64,000 nt of DNA from Octopus sinensis (GCF_006345805.1 NC_042997.1:189286001-189350000); one strand, 5' to 3'; positions 49,158-62,275 are shown, counted from the stretch's first letter. Numbers and translations are program-made. Notes: a model not told the origin generated them from the sequence alone.

Positions 49158-49335
49158 ACACACACACATAACGGGTTTCCGTGCAGTTTTCGTCTGCCAA
49201 ATTCACTCACAAGACAGTGGTCATCTCGGGTTTATATTAGAAGACATCTGTCCGAGTTGCCGCACAGTCGGATTGAACCCGAAACCACGAAGTTTCAAAA
49301 CTAGATTCTTAATCACACAGATATAGCTGCGCTAA
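48870..49335 (-). mobile_element. SINE family A, diverged copy
   Basis: Recognisable family A blocks with an internal (CA)n tract. Confidence 0.65.
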
Positions 49336-49664
49336 CAAGGAGAAATTCCTTACGTTTACAAGAGTTCAAGCATGTTCTTCGATCATTTTCTTATCTAGAC
49401 ATCCTCCATTCAGTGTTTGTAACAAAAATATATCAAATGTCTGTCTGTCTTGTTTCTTGTTATATCAATAATATAATAATATCTGAAACTTTTACACTGT
49501 ATTAAAACTGCTTTCTTCTGTTCGTATATTGTAATAATCCCATTATTTCATCCTTTGCGGTGTTTCCTCATTGGGTGCAGAAATTCAGCTTGCTTGGGAT
49601 ACCTACAACCTACAAGTCGGCCCTAGAATAATTCTGCCTGTCTGTCCTCTGTCTAGTTATATTG

Positions 49665-50283
49665 CTTTCAAGTTTTGGCTCAAGGCCAACATTTCTGGTG
49701 GGAAGGGCTAGGTCGAGTAGATCTTCTCCAGTGCTCAGCTCGTACTCATTTTATCGACCCGAAAGTATGAAAATCAAAGTCGATTTCAGCGGAATTTGAA
49801 CTCAATAATGCCGCTAAGCGCTCTGCCCGGCGTGCTAACGATTCTTATTTCTTTATTGCCCACAAGGGGCTAAACATAGAGGGGACAAACAAGGACAGAC
49901 AAACGGATTAAGTCGATTATATCAACTCCAGTGCGTAACTGGTACTTACTTATTTAATCGACCCCGAAAGGATGAAAAGCAAAGTCGACCTCGGCGGAAT
50001 TTGAACTCAGAACGAAACGGCAGACGAAATACCGCTCAGCATTTCGCCCGGCGTGCTAACGTTTCTTTTTTCTTTATTGCCCACAAGGGGCTAAACAAGG
50101 TTTGACAAAGGGATTAAGTCGATTACATCGACTCCAGTGCGTAACTGGTACTTAATTTATAGACTCCTAAAGGATGAAAGGCAAAGTGGACCTCGGCGGA
50201 ATTTGAACTCAGAACGTAGCGGCAGACGAAGTACCGCTAAGCATTTCGCCCGGCGTGCTAACGTTTCTGCCAGCTCGCCGCCT
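49665..50283 (-). mobile_element. SINE family B, three tandem units
   Basis: The core is repeated three times; head at ~50280. Confidence 0.88.
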
Positions 50284-50789
50284 TTTCCTTTGTAGTTATA
50301 TTGATAAATATATTTGAAGTTTTTATACTGTATTAGAACTGTTCTCTTCTGTTTATATTTTATAATAAACACATTATTCCATTACTTGTATTATTTCTCC
50401 ATTGGCACAAAAGTTCATTTTACATAAGGGTACCTCCAACCTAATCGTCGGCCCTGGTTTAATTCTGAAAGGTTCGCGGAGACAAAACTCTTTCATTTTT
50501 GCTATATCAAATAATTTATAAAATATGTCAAATTTTCGTGAATGCTATACAATAACCCATAGAGTAGGGATTAAGTGGAGGCCTTCAACATAAAATTGAC
50601 TGCAAAAACTCCAACAAAAAACTACGGGATATTTCGCTAACTACCAAACGTAAAGTGTGTTCCATTGGAAAACTACTTTAGACAAGGGTCACGGAAGGTT
50701 TTAATTTGGTTAAAGGTTGAGGAAGGTTGAGATATTTCTTTACTTTGAAAACTTCAAGCTGGCAATTATGTTCTGAGTTCTTTATCTTC

Positions 50790-51100
50790 TGAATTCAAAT
50801 TCCGCCGATGTCGGTTAATTAAATACCTATTTCTTTACTACCCACAAGGGGCTAAACACAGAGAGGACAAACAAGGACAGACATAGGTATTAAGTCGATT
50901 ACATCGACCCCAGTGAGTAACTGGTACTTAATTTATCGACCGCGAAAGGATGAAAGTCCAAGTCGACCTCGGAACGTAGCAGCAGACGAAATACCGCGTA
51001 GCGTTTCACCCGGCGTGCTAACGATTAATGTCGATTTAACCGAGTAGCCGACTCCTACACAATTTCAGGTCTTGTGGCTGTAGTAGAAAAGATTCTATCT
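50790..51100 (-). mobile_element. SINE family B fragments, rearranged
   Basis: A short plus-strand B-box fragment abuts a minus-strand unit. Confidence 0.65.
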
Positions 51101-51540
51101 TTATTTTATTTTCGTGTGGCAACTGGTTATATATTTTCGATGGGTCCGTCACTGGTTAACTACGATTCTGATGATGAGAGCGACAAGGGAGTATTTGTAA
51201 CTCGATGCCAATCAGGCATCTCGAGAGGCTTCCGAATTTTTTTTTTTTACTATATCCTTCTCCATCAAGGAAAGATATACATGCATACACGCACGCACTT
51301 ACAAGCCCATACACACACATTTGTAACGAAGCTTGACGTACGTGTATATGGATGCACGCACGCACACACCCACATACACCCACATACACAATTTACCAAA
51401 TCAGTCGCAAAGTATTAATGAACCTGAGGGCCCTAAACTAGAAGAGCCAGGCTGAAAATCCAAATTGTTTTCAAATCTGCTTGCTGACGACCGGCTATTA
51501 AACTCACAATTTGGTAGAAAGCACTTTAGTTAACAATATG

Positions 51541-51953
51541 CTTCTTTACTACCCACAAGGAGCTAAACATAGAGGGGACAAACAAGGACAGACAAACAGA
51601 TTAAGTCGATTATATCGACCCCAGTGCGTAACTGGTACGTAATTTATCGATCCCGAAAGGATGAAAGGCAAAGTGGACCTCGGCGGAATTTGAACACAGA
51701 ACGTAGCGGCAGACGAAATATCTATTTCTTTACTACCCATAAGGGGCTAAACATAGAGGGGACAAACAAGGACAGACAAACGAATTAAGTCGATTGCATC
51801 GACCCCAGTGCGTAACTAGTACCTAATTATCGACCCCGAAAGGATGAAGGGCAAAGTCGACCTCGGCGGAATTTGAACTCAGAACGTAACGGCAGACGAA
51901 ATGCGGCTACACATTTCGCCCGGCGTGCTAACGTTTCTGCCAGAACGCCGCCT
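51541..51953 (-). mobile_element. SINE family B, multimer
   Basis: Head-to-tail units joined at AAGAAATAG|(A/G)TATTTCGTC. Confidence 0.88.
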
Positions 51954-52164
51954 TTATTCTCAGTTAGCAATAATTCTGGAAGAAGAGACACTTAGTTTTC
52001 CTATCTGCTTTCACTTTACTTACAGGCCAAGTCTATTAAGTTGCTTAGGGCGATATTTTATTTCACATTCGATTGATATTGTCATAAGCGGAGATAAACC
52101 GTCCCAAGTGCATACACAGAAACACATACACAAGCACACACAAGCACTCACTCACTCACACACA

Positions 52165-52356
52165 CATCATCATCATCATTGTTCGACCGTGGTCGAGACA
52201 ATGGAATTTACCATGCTACGCCAGACTTCACGGTCCATCATGGCATTACGGAGGTCCTGTTGCTGGATGCCTGTATCCCTGGAGATTACATCAGGGTAGG
52301 AGAGTGTGCGCCCTCTGGTATTGCGAGTAGATGGCTTCCAGAGGAGAAGAGTAGAA
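52165..52356 (-). mobile_element. RTE-clade LINE 3' end, near-identical to 25782-25975
   Basis: Same ~180-bp sequence (one substitution seen), same 5' end ...GAGTAGAA, (TGA)n tail. Confidence 0.85.
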
Positions 52357-52399
<43 letters not shown>

Positions 52400-52696
52400 C
52401 ACACACTCACTCACGCACAAACACACACACAGACACACACACAAACGCATAGAATCGTACGCATATGATCCATGTACGCATACACATACTCAAGATTTAC
52501 GCGCATGCAAACACAGACCCGTACAGAGGAAGTGTGAACAGCGCAGACATGGAGAAAGAGAGAAGAAAAAAATGAACGCGATATACGAATGAATGAATTT
52601 GTCAACTAATGAGGATCTAATTGACAAACACACACAAACATGTGCGCGCACATACTCATACACACTACATCCATATATATATACACATACATATAT

Positions 52697-52871
52697 ACAG
52701 GAGTGGCTGTGTGGTAAGTAGCTTGCTAACCAACCACATGGTTGCGGGTTCAGTCCCACTGCGTGACATCTTGGGCAAGTGTCTTCTGCTATAGCCCCGG
52801 GCCGACCAATGCCTTGTGAGTGGATTTGGTAGACGGAAACTGAAAGAGCCTGTCGATATGTATATATATTA

Positions 52872-52905
<34 letters not shown>

Positions 52906-53149
52906 CTATATATATATATATATATATGTATGTGTATGTGTGTGTGGTGTGTGTGTGTGTGTGGTGTGTGTGTGTGTGTGATTGTGTGTCTGTGTTTACG
53001 TCCCCGTCACTTAGCAGTTCGGCAAAAGAGACCGATAGAATAAGTACTGGGCTTACAAAGAATAAGTCCCCGGGGGCGATTTGCTCGACTAAAGGCGGTG
53101 CTCCAGCATGGCCGCAGTCAACTGACTGAAACAAGTAAAAGAGTAAAGA
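52697..53149 (+). mobile_element. SINE family A copy
   Basis: Full colinear copy. Confidence 0.9.
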
Positions 53150-53396
53150 GTATACACACACACACACAACTACACACACGCACACAAACAAATATATATA
53201 TATGACTGGTGGTATCGTTTCTGTACACACAGACATCATACACACACGCGAACAGATTGACAAACGTATAAACGTAGAAAATAACAATAATGAAGTGATT
53301 ATAATTATGTTGGATATGAAGTGGGATACGAAGTGGTATGAAACCTGTTATATTCATTATCTGGATCGACACAATTTTTGGTGGTACACGAATTTA

Positions 53397-53684
53397 TGTA
53401 TGTATGTATGTATGTATGTATGTATGTATGTATGTATGTATGTATGTATGTATGTATGTATGTATGTATGTATGTATGTATGTGTGTATGTGTGTATGTA
53501 TGTTTGTATGTGTGTGTGTGTGTGTGTGCGTGCGTGTGTGTGTGTGTATGTATGTGTGTACGTATGTATGTATGTATGTATGTATGTATGTATGTATGTA
53601 TGTATGTGTGTATGTATGTTGTAGGTGTGTGGTGTGGTGTGTGTTTGTCGTGTGTGTGTGTATGTATGATGTGTGTTTTTACGG

Positions 53685-53717
<33 letters not shown>

Positions 53718-53835
53718 TGTGTGTATGTGTATGTATCTATATCTATATCTAAATGTATGTATGTATGTATGTATGTTTGTATGTGTGTGTGTGTGCGTGC
53801 GTGTGTGTGTATGTATGTGTGTTTGTGTGTCTATG

Positions 53836-53871
<36 letters not shown>

Positions 53872-54026
53872 TGTGTGTGTGTATGTATGTATGTGTGTGT
53901 ATGTATGTATGTATGTATGTATGTATGTATGTATCTATTTATCTATCTATTTGTCTGTCTGTTTATCGATCAATGAATTTATGTGTATATGTATGTGTGT
54001 ACGTATATATCTATATCTATATCTAA

Positions 54027-54094
<68 letters not shown>

Positions 54095-54095
54095 G

Positions 54096-54150
<55 letters not shown>

Positions 54151-54159
54151 GTCTATCTG

Positions 54160-54236
<77 letters not shown>

Positions 54237-54240
54237 GTAT
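53397..54240. repeat. (TGTA)n/(TG)n/(CTAT)n compound microsatellite block
   Basis: Directly visible. Confidence 0.95.
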
Positions 54241-54629
54241 CTTACACACATATATATATATATGCACACACTACACGGATACACATGAGGACTACATAAT
54301 TTTGATTGTTTGTATCCGTGGGAGTGTGTGCTTGTGCATGTGTGTGTGTGCGTGTGTGTAGGGGGAGCGTGCGTGCGTGCGTTTATGTGTGTGTGTATGG
54401 ATGTGTGTGCATGCGTACGTGCGTTTATGTGTGTGTATGTGTGTGCGTGTGTGTGTGTATGTGTGTATGTGTGTGTGTGTGTGTTTAAGCTCGTTTGTGT
54501 ATTAGTGCATCAGACAGACCTAATGAATGAAAATACGAACGATTAGCAAATATACATATATGAACTCATATATAAACATACACACATACATATACATACA
54601 TACATACATACGCACCACGCACGCACGCA

Positions 54630-54667
<38 letters not shown>

Positions 54668-54837
54668 AGCGTATTTCCACGCATAGATATGTACAAGCAC
54701 GCATGCACTCACACACGCTTTTATAGATACATTCATACATACAAGTATGCTTAACAAACATAAACACGTAAAAGTAATCACACACATACACACAGACACA
54801 CGCACGCACGCACACACACGAACACACACACACACAC

Positions 54838-54995
54838 ACAAGGGATGCCGAAAAGTTCCAGTCTTTGAGTAAAAGAAAATACTGGAGAATATGTTAATTA
54901 TCTTTTTTTTTCAACATATTCCCTTCTCAAATTCACACACTTATTGCAGTGGTCCTTCAGTTTTTCTAAGCCCTGTAAAAAAACTCGGTAGGTTT
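54838..54995 (+). mobile_element. mariner left-end fragment
   Basis: AGGGATGCCGAAAAGTTCC resembles a mariner TIR (ACGAGGG..CTGAAAAGT) and is followed by the typical TTTCAACATATTCCC...ACACACTTATTGCAG subterminal block. Confidence 0.5.
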
Positions 54996-55344
54996 TCGCG
55001 TTACCCATACAGATATATATATATGTTCACAGTAACTCGGATATTTACAAATCTGTGGGATGAGCTTAAAAACATCCTTGCCACTTTTGTGACCGGCTGG
55101 AATTCTACGAAATAGTTCTTTTAAAAAATCTTTAAGAAAAATACATACATTCTTACATACATACCTACATAAATGCATCCATGCATACCTACCTACCTAC
55201 CTACCTACCTACTTATATACATATGTATATACACATATATGTACATACACACATATGTACATACATGTCTATCCCCCCTCACTCTATCTCTATCTATCTT
55301 TTTTCTTTCTTTCTATATCGCTCTCTTTGTCTGTGTTTGTCTAT

Positions 55345-55915
55345 GTATGTATGTATGTATGTATGCATGCATGTATGTATGTATGTATGTATGTATGTGC
55401 GTATGTATGTATGTATGTGCGTATGTATGTATGTATGTATGTATGTATGTATGTATGTATGTATGTATGCATGCATGTACGTATGTGCGTATGTATGCAT
55501 GTATGTATGTATGTATGTATGTATATGTACGTATGTATGTGTGCATGTATGTATGTATGTTTGAAATGTATGTATGAAATGTATGTATGTATGTATGTAT
55601 GTATGTATGTATGTATGTATGTATGTATGTATGTACGTATGTATGTGTGTATGTATGTATGTATGAAATGTATGTATGTATGTATGTATGTACAGAGAGA
55701 GAGAGAGAGAGAGAGTGTGTGTGTGTGTGAGATAGATATATAGATAGATAGATAAGGAGAGAGAGAGAGAGAGACAGAGCGGTAATTACCTAAAAAATAA
55801 TTAAAACTACTGAAGACTTAAGATACGTTACAATCACACACATGAACACAAGAAGAGAGGAAGAACGAGTGAGCGAGACAGACTGAAAGAGAGAAAAAGA
55901 GAAAGATAGATAGAT

Positions 55916-55972
<57 letters not shown>

Positions 55973-56020
55973 GCTAGATAGAGATATATTAGATAGATAT
56001 ATAGAAAGATAGATAGATAG

Positions 56021-56087
<67 letters not shown>

Positions 56088-56140
56088 GATATATAGATAG
56101 ATATATAGAAAGATAGATAGATAGATAGAGATAGATTGAT

Positions 56141-56219
<79 letters not shown>

Positions 56220-56245
56220 AAGATAGATCGATAGATAGATAGAGA
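55345..56245. repeat. (TGTA)n, (GA)n, (GATA)n, (GAAA)n compound block
   Basis: Directly visible. Confidence 0.95.
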
Positions 56246-56604
56246 TGTGGGGGAGTGATTGAAACAATAATCAATATTGAAAAGAAACGCAAAAATTGAA
56301 CAAACACAACTCCAAAAAAGAAAAAAGAAAAAAAAGCCGGAAAGATAAATACAAAAGTCACCCGTAATTTCGAAATAAAAGGAAAAGTTAGAAAAGAAAG
56401 AAAAGAAAAGAAAAGAAATGAAAAGAAAAGGAAAGAAAAAAAGAAAGATAAAGATGTAAATGAAAGAAAAAAATTAAAAGATCACCCCTCATACACACAC
56501 GCATGCAAAAATCATATAATCGACGTCCAAATTCCTAATAAAAATGTAAATAAGTAAATAAAGAATTGGATAAATAAATGTAAGAATCTGTTTCTTTTAC
56601 TCAC

Positions 56605-56680
56605 CTATGGCTGAGATGAGACTGTCAAACCCTTCCTTAGTCTGCTCCTGCCATTTACCAATGAAACCGTTTAGGGACAT
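56605..56680 (-). CDS. First coding exon of a fatty-acid-binding-protein (FABP/iLBP)-like gene: MSLNGFIGKWQEQTKEGFDSLISAI-G|
   Basis: ATG in ACGACCATG context; FxGKW...xxFDxxxxAxG matches FABP N-termini (FxGxW..ENFDxYMKAxG). The 76-nt exon ends in phase 1 at TAG|GTGAGT, the conserved FABP intron-1 position. Later exons were not found. Confidence 0.68.
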
Positions 56681-56714
56681 GGTCGTTTCTAGATGGTGAT
56701 AAATGCTCTGCTGC

Positions 56715-56716
<2 letters not shown>

Positions 56717-56723
<7 letters not shown>
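56717..56723 (-). promoter_or_regulatory. Candidate TATA box (TATAAAA) of the FABP-like gene, at the edge of a (TA)n tract
   Basis: Minus-strand TATATAAAA ends 37 nt upstream of the ATG. Confidence 0.45.
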
Positions 56724-56751
<28 letters not shown>

Positions 56752-56931
56752 CAGATGCGTCCCGACAGGGATAAAATGTTCAGATGGACTGAGCTATGAG
56801 TTTTCTCTCTCGTCGTGTTTGAGAAAAAAAAAAAACACCCAACAAATAAATCAACTTGCTGTTATTGCCTCCGGCCCCTACCTTCCTTTTTTTTAGTTTT
56901 CCTGTTTTTATTTCCTCTCTCTTCTCTCTCT

Positions 56932-57031
56932 NNNNNNNNNNNNNNNNNNNNNNNNNNNNNNNNNNNNNNNNNNNNNNNNNNNNNNNNNNNNNNNNNNNNN
57001 NNNNNNNNNNNNNNNNNNNNNNNNNNNNNNN
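56932..57031. other. Assembly gap (100 N)
   Basis: Run of exactly 100 N. Confidence 1.
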
Positions 57032-57327
57032 CAACACAGCCACTCCTACGCCTATAACTGTGTATTATAACTATTTACGCCTAGTAGCGTATATAGTTAT
57101 AGTACACAGAGCATTTGTAGTGAAAAATTAAGATGAACATCAGTATAAATATTTAATCCCTACGCACGTTTTACTACTGCAGTTATTTGGAACCCAGCAC
57201 TGGATGTTCCAAGTGAATTTGGATGCTTGATTGCAATGGATTATTAGGGGAGCACTTTTATTGCATTCTAATACAGAGATCTTTATGCCAACCCACATGT
57301 TTACATTCATGCGTACATAAAAGAGCA

Positions 57328-57612
57328 CCCTCGGTCATGAATGACCATGGAATTGCACCTAGTAAGTTCCCCTCCAAGACACATGTCAAGGCAAGGTTGT
57401 TGATAGAAGAGAAGCAGTCGCCCATGCACACCAGCCCCATTCTCCACGCCTCTGATGTTATCCAAGGGAAAATCAAAGGCCGATACAGCTTGGCACCGGT
57501 GACGTTGCAACTCATTTATACAGATGAGTGAACTAGAGAAACGTGAAATAAAGTGTCTTGCGTTGCAGGGAATCGAACTCACGACCTTGCGATCGTGAGC
57601 CGCGCGCCTTCA
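57328..57612 (-). mobile_element. SINE family C copy
   Basis: Colinear with 15233-15563, with an internal deletion. Confidence 0.85.
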
Positions 57613-57640
57613 CTACACACACACACGCATGCACGAACGC

Positions 57641-57704
<64 letters not shown>

Positions 57705-58398
57705 CACACACACACATGCATGTTTATATTGTATGTACATGTATGGGTGTCTGTGCTGAAGATGGGAGAGGTAGCTGAAAGAGCCTCTTGTAGGTTATGG
57801 AGCAAGAGAGAGGAGCTCCACAGCGGACGAAGCTGGCCTTTTGAAATACAGGTATTACTCATTTTTGTTACGGAGCAAGAGAGAGGAGCTAAGTTGGAAG
57901 TCAGGAGGAGACGAGGAGCAATGATTTGGTCAATTCTGCCAACGAGAGGGTGTTACGGTTCAGGGTCGAAACACTCAATGATCGTTAGATACCGTCTGAT
58001 GACAGTAGCAAAATTGCTCGAATATCGCGCTTTGATAGTTCCATTTCAGATGATTGTAACAACGGGGAAAAAAATATCAATGTTAATTTATAGATGCATT
58101 TGGACTAGTCTATGACTATCATCCGACAATTGCAAAAAAAAAAAAATAATAAATTAAAATAAATGTTAAAAAATAATTCAAAACGCTGCAAAAATCTTGC
58201 ACAAATTCTTCATGGTTCAAAACGTTGCTTACTTTTTACTCAACCTGATATATGCATCTATGTACGTTTGTATACATGCGTGTTTGTGGAAAACCGCAAA
58301 TTCGTAGGCGGTTGCTACTCGCGGTCGGACTGACCTCGTTCATGATTATTTAATGATTTTATAATTGCATAGATTTATAAGCTGCACACACACACACA

Positions 58399-58429
<31 letters not shown>

Positions 58430-58573
58430 CCACACACACACACAGACACACACACACAGACACACACACACAGACACACACACACACACACGCATATATA
58501 TATATATATATAGACGTATAGATAGATATAGATACATACTTACACACATGCACACACATTTATATATAGGGAC

Positions 58574-58609
<36 letters not shown>

Positions 58610-59091
58610 GCATACAGACATATAGTAGTATGTATGTACGTATGTATATATGTACGTATGTAATCACTGTAGATGTGCCATAAACTCTCGGAGAGTCACG
58701 TCTGTAACCTGTTAATAGTTCCCAAGTGAAACCATGTCATTTGTCTTTCGTGAAGTATAACCTTTGTAAAATGCTAAACATTATGACATCATTCAGTTCC
58801 CGTTTCCCTCTGTATATATTGGAGACTGTCTGTATTTAGCCAAAGCAAACACCATTGTGCTTACACTGTAGTAAAAATCATTGGGTTTCTCGATGAGCGA
58901 AACATGGCATCTGATTTCGATCTCAGAGTAAAGACAATAATTTTATGTATATTGTTAATGTCATTCGTCAAGGAATGAATTTCACAATTTCTCCTTTTGA
59001 AAGTTTTACATGTTAAGATACTACTTGCTTCCACGATAGAAAAAAAAAGAAGAAGAAGACCAATGCAAAGAAACAAGAACTAACCAAATAT

Positions 59092-59306
59092 TGGTTTCAA
59101 ATTTTGGCACAGGGCCAGCAATTTCAGGAGAGGGGTTAAGTCAATAACATCGATCCCAGTACACCGCTGGTACTTATTTTATCGACTCCGAAAGGATGAA
59201 AGGTAAAGTCGACTTCAGCAGAATTTGAACTCTGAACGTAATGACAGACGAAATACCGCTAAGCATTTCGCTCAGCGTGCTAACGTTTCTGCCAGCTCGC
59301 CGCCTT
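59092..59306 (-). mobile_element. SINE family B monomer
   Basis: Head AGGCGGCGAGCTGGCAGAAACG and one core. Confidence 0.85.
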
Positions 59307-59427
59307 TCTATCCTACAATGTTACCCCACATGTAGCCACATACTTGTTTGGTAGGGTTATTGGGGGCTAAAATATAACAATACAAACCACAACATATACG
59401 TCTTTATAAAAGGTAACGGTAAAGACC

Positions 59428-59602
59428 GCGTTCAGTCATGAATGACCACGGGATTGCACCGAAAAGCTTCGCTTCTGAGGCATAAATCCGGGCAAGGTTG
59501 TTTATAGAAGACAGCAGTCGCCTATGCATATCAGCCTCCCCTCTCCACGTCACCGATGTTATCCAAGTGAAAGGCAAAAGGCGATACAGTTTGGTACCAG
59601 TG
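59428..59602 (-). mobile_element. SINE family C, 3' part
   Basis: CAGTCATGAATGACCACGGGATTGCACC...GCGATACAGTTTGGTACCAG. Confidence 0.75.
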
Positions 59603-59781
59603 GTAAAATTTGTGAACTAATACTGAATATAAAATGCTAGAAAAGAAGACAAGCAGTCATAAACAGAAAGTTGGTTGAACGTTGTGTAAACAACCCAGAA
59701 ATATTTCTGACACACGCGAACGCTGTCAGGGGACTATAATGGCGACGAATCTGAAATCTGCAAGAAGCCGGTTCTAAAACC

Positions 59782-60811
59782 GGATCGTTTCCCTTTGAAA
59801 GGCAGATCGAGAAATTAATTTTTTGTAACTAAACACTTTCAAACTCCGGACACTGGTAGAATGTGTCATATAAAACATATATTACTCATAGTGTTGTTGA
59901 GAAAAGTTTATATTTTTAAAGTTATTTCCTGTTAAAGTAGTCGTATTTCAACCAATCAATGACGTGTATTCAGCTGAATGAAATTACTGCTGTTGTTTGT
60001 CAACAACTATCGGCGGTGTCTATTTCGTTTGTCACTGTTGTTTATGACATCATTCGTGCGTTTCTACTGGTTTTAGCTGTGGGGTTAGGGTTAGGCTTGG
60101 AATTTTAGGGTTAGAGTTACGGAAAAAAGTGAAAAATGAAGAAATTGGAGAAGAAGGGATGGGTTGGGGACAAAAAAGTCTTTCCGAAAATAGTAGCTGA
60201 AAAACAGGAAAAAAAACTAAAAGCAGTAGAAATGCACGAACGATTGTGGTGGAGCCATGAAGTAAACATGCTTCAGACACACTCGTTTATTCATACAAAC
60301 GTAACTGAGATTAGATATGTCATAAATAACAGTGACAAACGAAATATACACCACCGGAAGTTGTTGTTGACAAACAACAGCAGTAATATTATTCAGTTGA
60401 ATACACGTCATTGATTGGTTGAAATTACCGAAATACGACAACTTTAACACAAGATAACTTTGAAAATAGAAACTTTTCTCAACAACACTAAGAGTAAAAG
60501 ATGTTTTATAGTTAGTTAGTTAGTTAATTTGGCTCGAAAGCAAATAGCAAGGTCATGTAGGGGGACATGGAGTTAAGTACAGGGTGGTGTTCATGTAAAG
60601 AGTTCAGGCCACTTGAGGTCAAGGGAGGCTTTGAACAAAGCGGTCGTCGGCATCTTCACCATCTCGTCTGGCAGCTTGTTCCACGGATCCGCAACCCGGA
60701 CGGAGAAAGCTCCTCTCCTTATATGACACATCCTACCAGTGTCCGAAGTTTGAAAGTGTTTAGTTACAAAAAATTAATTTCTTCCTCTGCCGTTCAAAGT
60801 GTAAATATTCC
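59782..60811. mobile_element. Foldback-type DNA element with ~300-bp inverted arms (relative of the GGATC MITE), 7-8 bp TSD
   Basis: The left arm (59782-~60077) matches the reverse complement of the right arm (~60217-60811 minus an insertion). The spacer has TTAGGG repeats, and TAAAACC lies on both flanks. Confidence 0.8.
60511..60718 (-). mobile_element. CR1 LINE 3' end with (TAAC)n tail, inserted in the right arm of the foldback element
   Basis: Minus strand RRGAFSVRVADPWNKLPDEMVKMPTTALFKASLDLKWPELFT* (CR1 FSxRVxxxWNxLP...FKxxLD); TTATA is duplicated at 60506-60510 and 60719-60723. Confidence 0.85.
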
Positions 60812-61040
60812 TAAAACCAATATAAACGTTAATGTCTAACGAAGTATCAAAATACTTACGCAAACGCCAACAAAAATCTCATTTATAAATAATCCAGGAA
60901 AAATAACAAGGACACTGACAACAACACCACTGATAAAACAAAAAAATGCTGTGGTTAAATCCTTTCCAAACTTCACAGATCTGTTCAGAATGCATTTAAA
61001 AATAAATGCTTCGAATCATAGATATGTTACTCTTGTACTC

Positions 61041-61410
61041 TTTATACTCTTTTACTTGTTTCAGTCTTTTGACTGTGGCCATGCTGGAGCACCGCCTTTA
61101 GTCGAGCAAATCGACCCCAGGACTTATTCTTTGTAAGTCTAGTACTTATTCTATCGGTGTCTTTTGCCGAACCGCTAAGTTACGAGGACGTAAACACACA
61201 AGCATCGGTTGTCAAGCGATGTTGGGGGGACAAACACAGACACACAAACATACACACACACACATATATATATATGTATTAATATATACGACAGGCTTCT
61301 TTCAGTCTCCGTCTACCAAATCTACTCACAAAGCTTTGGTCGGCCCTAGGCTTTAGTAGAAGTCACTTGCCCAAGATGCCCCGCAGTTGGACTGAATCCG
61401 GAACCATACA
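61041..61410 (-). mobile_element. SINE family A copy (head truncated)
   Basis: Reverse-complement match to family A. Confidence 0.85.
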
Positions 61411-61461
61411 AAAATTCTAAAAGTACTTGAGTACAACTCAGCATTCAAGACGAGCTTTTAA

Positions 61462-61893
61462 TATCCTTTCTACTATAGGCACAGGGCCTGAAGTTTGGCG
61501 GAGGGGATTACTCAATTATCAGCGTAAGTGGTACTTCATCGGCCCCAAAAGGATGAAAGGCAAAGTAGACCTCAGCGGAATTAGAACTCAGAACGTAAAG
61601 ATATGTGAAATGCCGCTAAGCATTTTGCCCGATGTACTGACGATTCTACCAGCTCGCCGCCTTTAGGCAGGCTTTTAATATTACTCACAAGAATAAGATG
61701 GCGAGCTGGCAGAGTCGTTAGCAAGTCGGGCAAAATGCTTAGCGGCATTTCGTCTGTCTTTACGTTCTGTGATCAAATTCCGCTGAGGTCGACTTTGCCT
61801 TTCATCCTTTCGTGGTCGATAAAATAAATACCAGTTGAACACGAGGGTCGATGAAATCGACTAAACCCCAAACTGCTGGCCTTGTGTCAAAAT
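61462..61893. mobile_element. Head-to-head inverted pair of SINE family B copies
   Basis: 61462-61663 on the minus strand and 61696-61893 on the plus strand, with a ~30-bp spacer. Confidence 0.85.
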
Positions 61894-62126
61894 TTGAAAC
61901 CAATATCACTCATAACATTAATGTATCTATAATTCAAGAAACACTATCATAACCGGAACATAAAACACCCTGACTCCAAATGGAGATTAAAAGGAGACGA
62001 GGCAGACCCTTTCACAACTGGGTTGTTTTATAACAAATACATTCACACATTCATATATGTGTGTGTGTGTAAGTGTGTTATGTATGTGTACAATATATAC
62101 ACATATATATGTATACAGCCACTCCT

Positions 62127-62275
62127 AGGCGTAGGAGTGGTTGTGCTTACGAACTACATGGTTCCGGGTTCAGTCCCACTGCGTGGAACCTTGGGCAAGT
62201 GTCTTCTACTATAGCCTCGGGCCGACCAAAGCCTTGTGAGTGGATTTGGTAGACAGAAACTGAAAGAAGCCTGTC

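Noticed and set aside
53202-53400. Trp/Tyr-rich ORF start (MKWDTKWYETCYIHYLDRHNFWW)
   Set aside because: It is open mainly because it runs into (TGTA)n; there are no splice signals on either strand.
54966-55115. Acceptor-like sites near 55100 as FABP exon 2
   Set aside because: Neither compatible frame resembles FABP, and the segment adjoins a mariner fragment.
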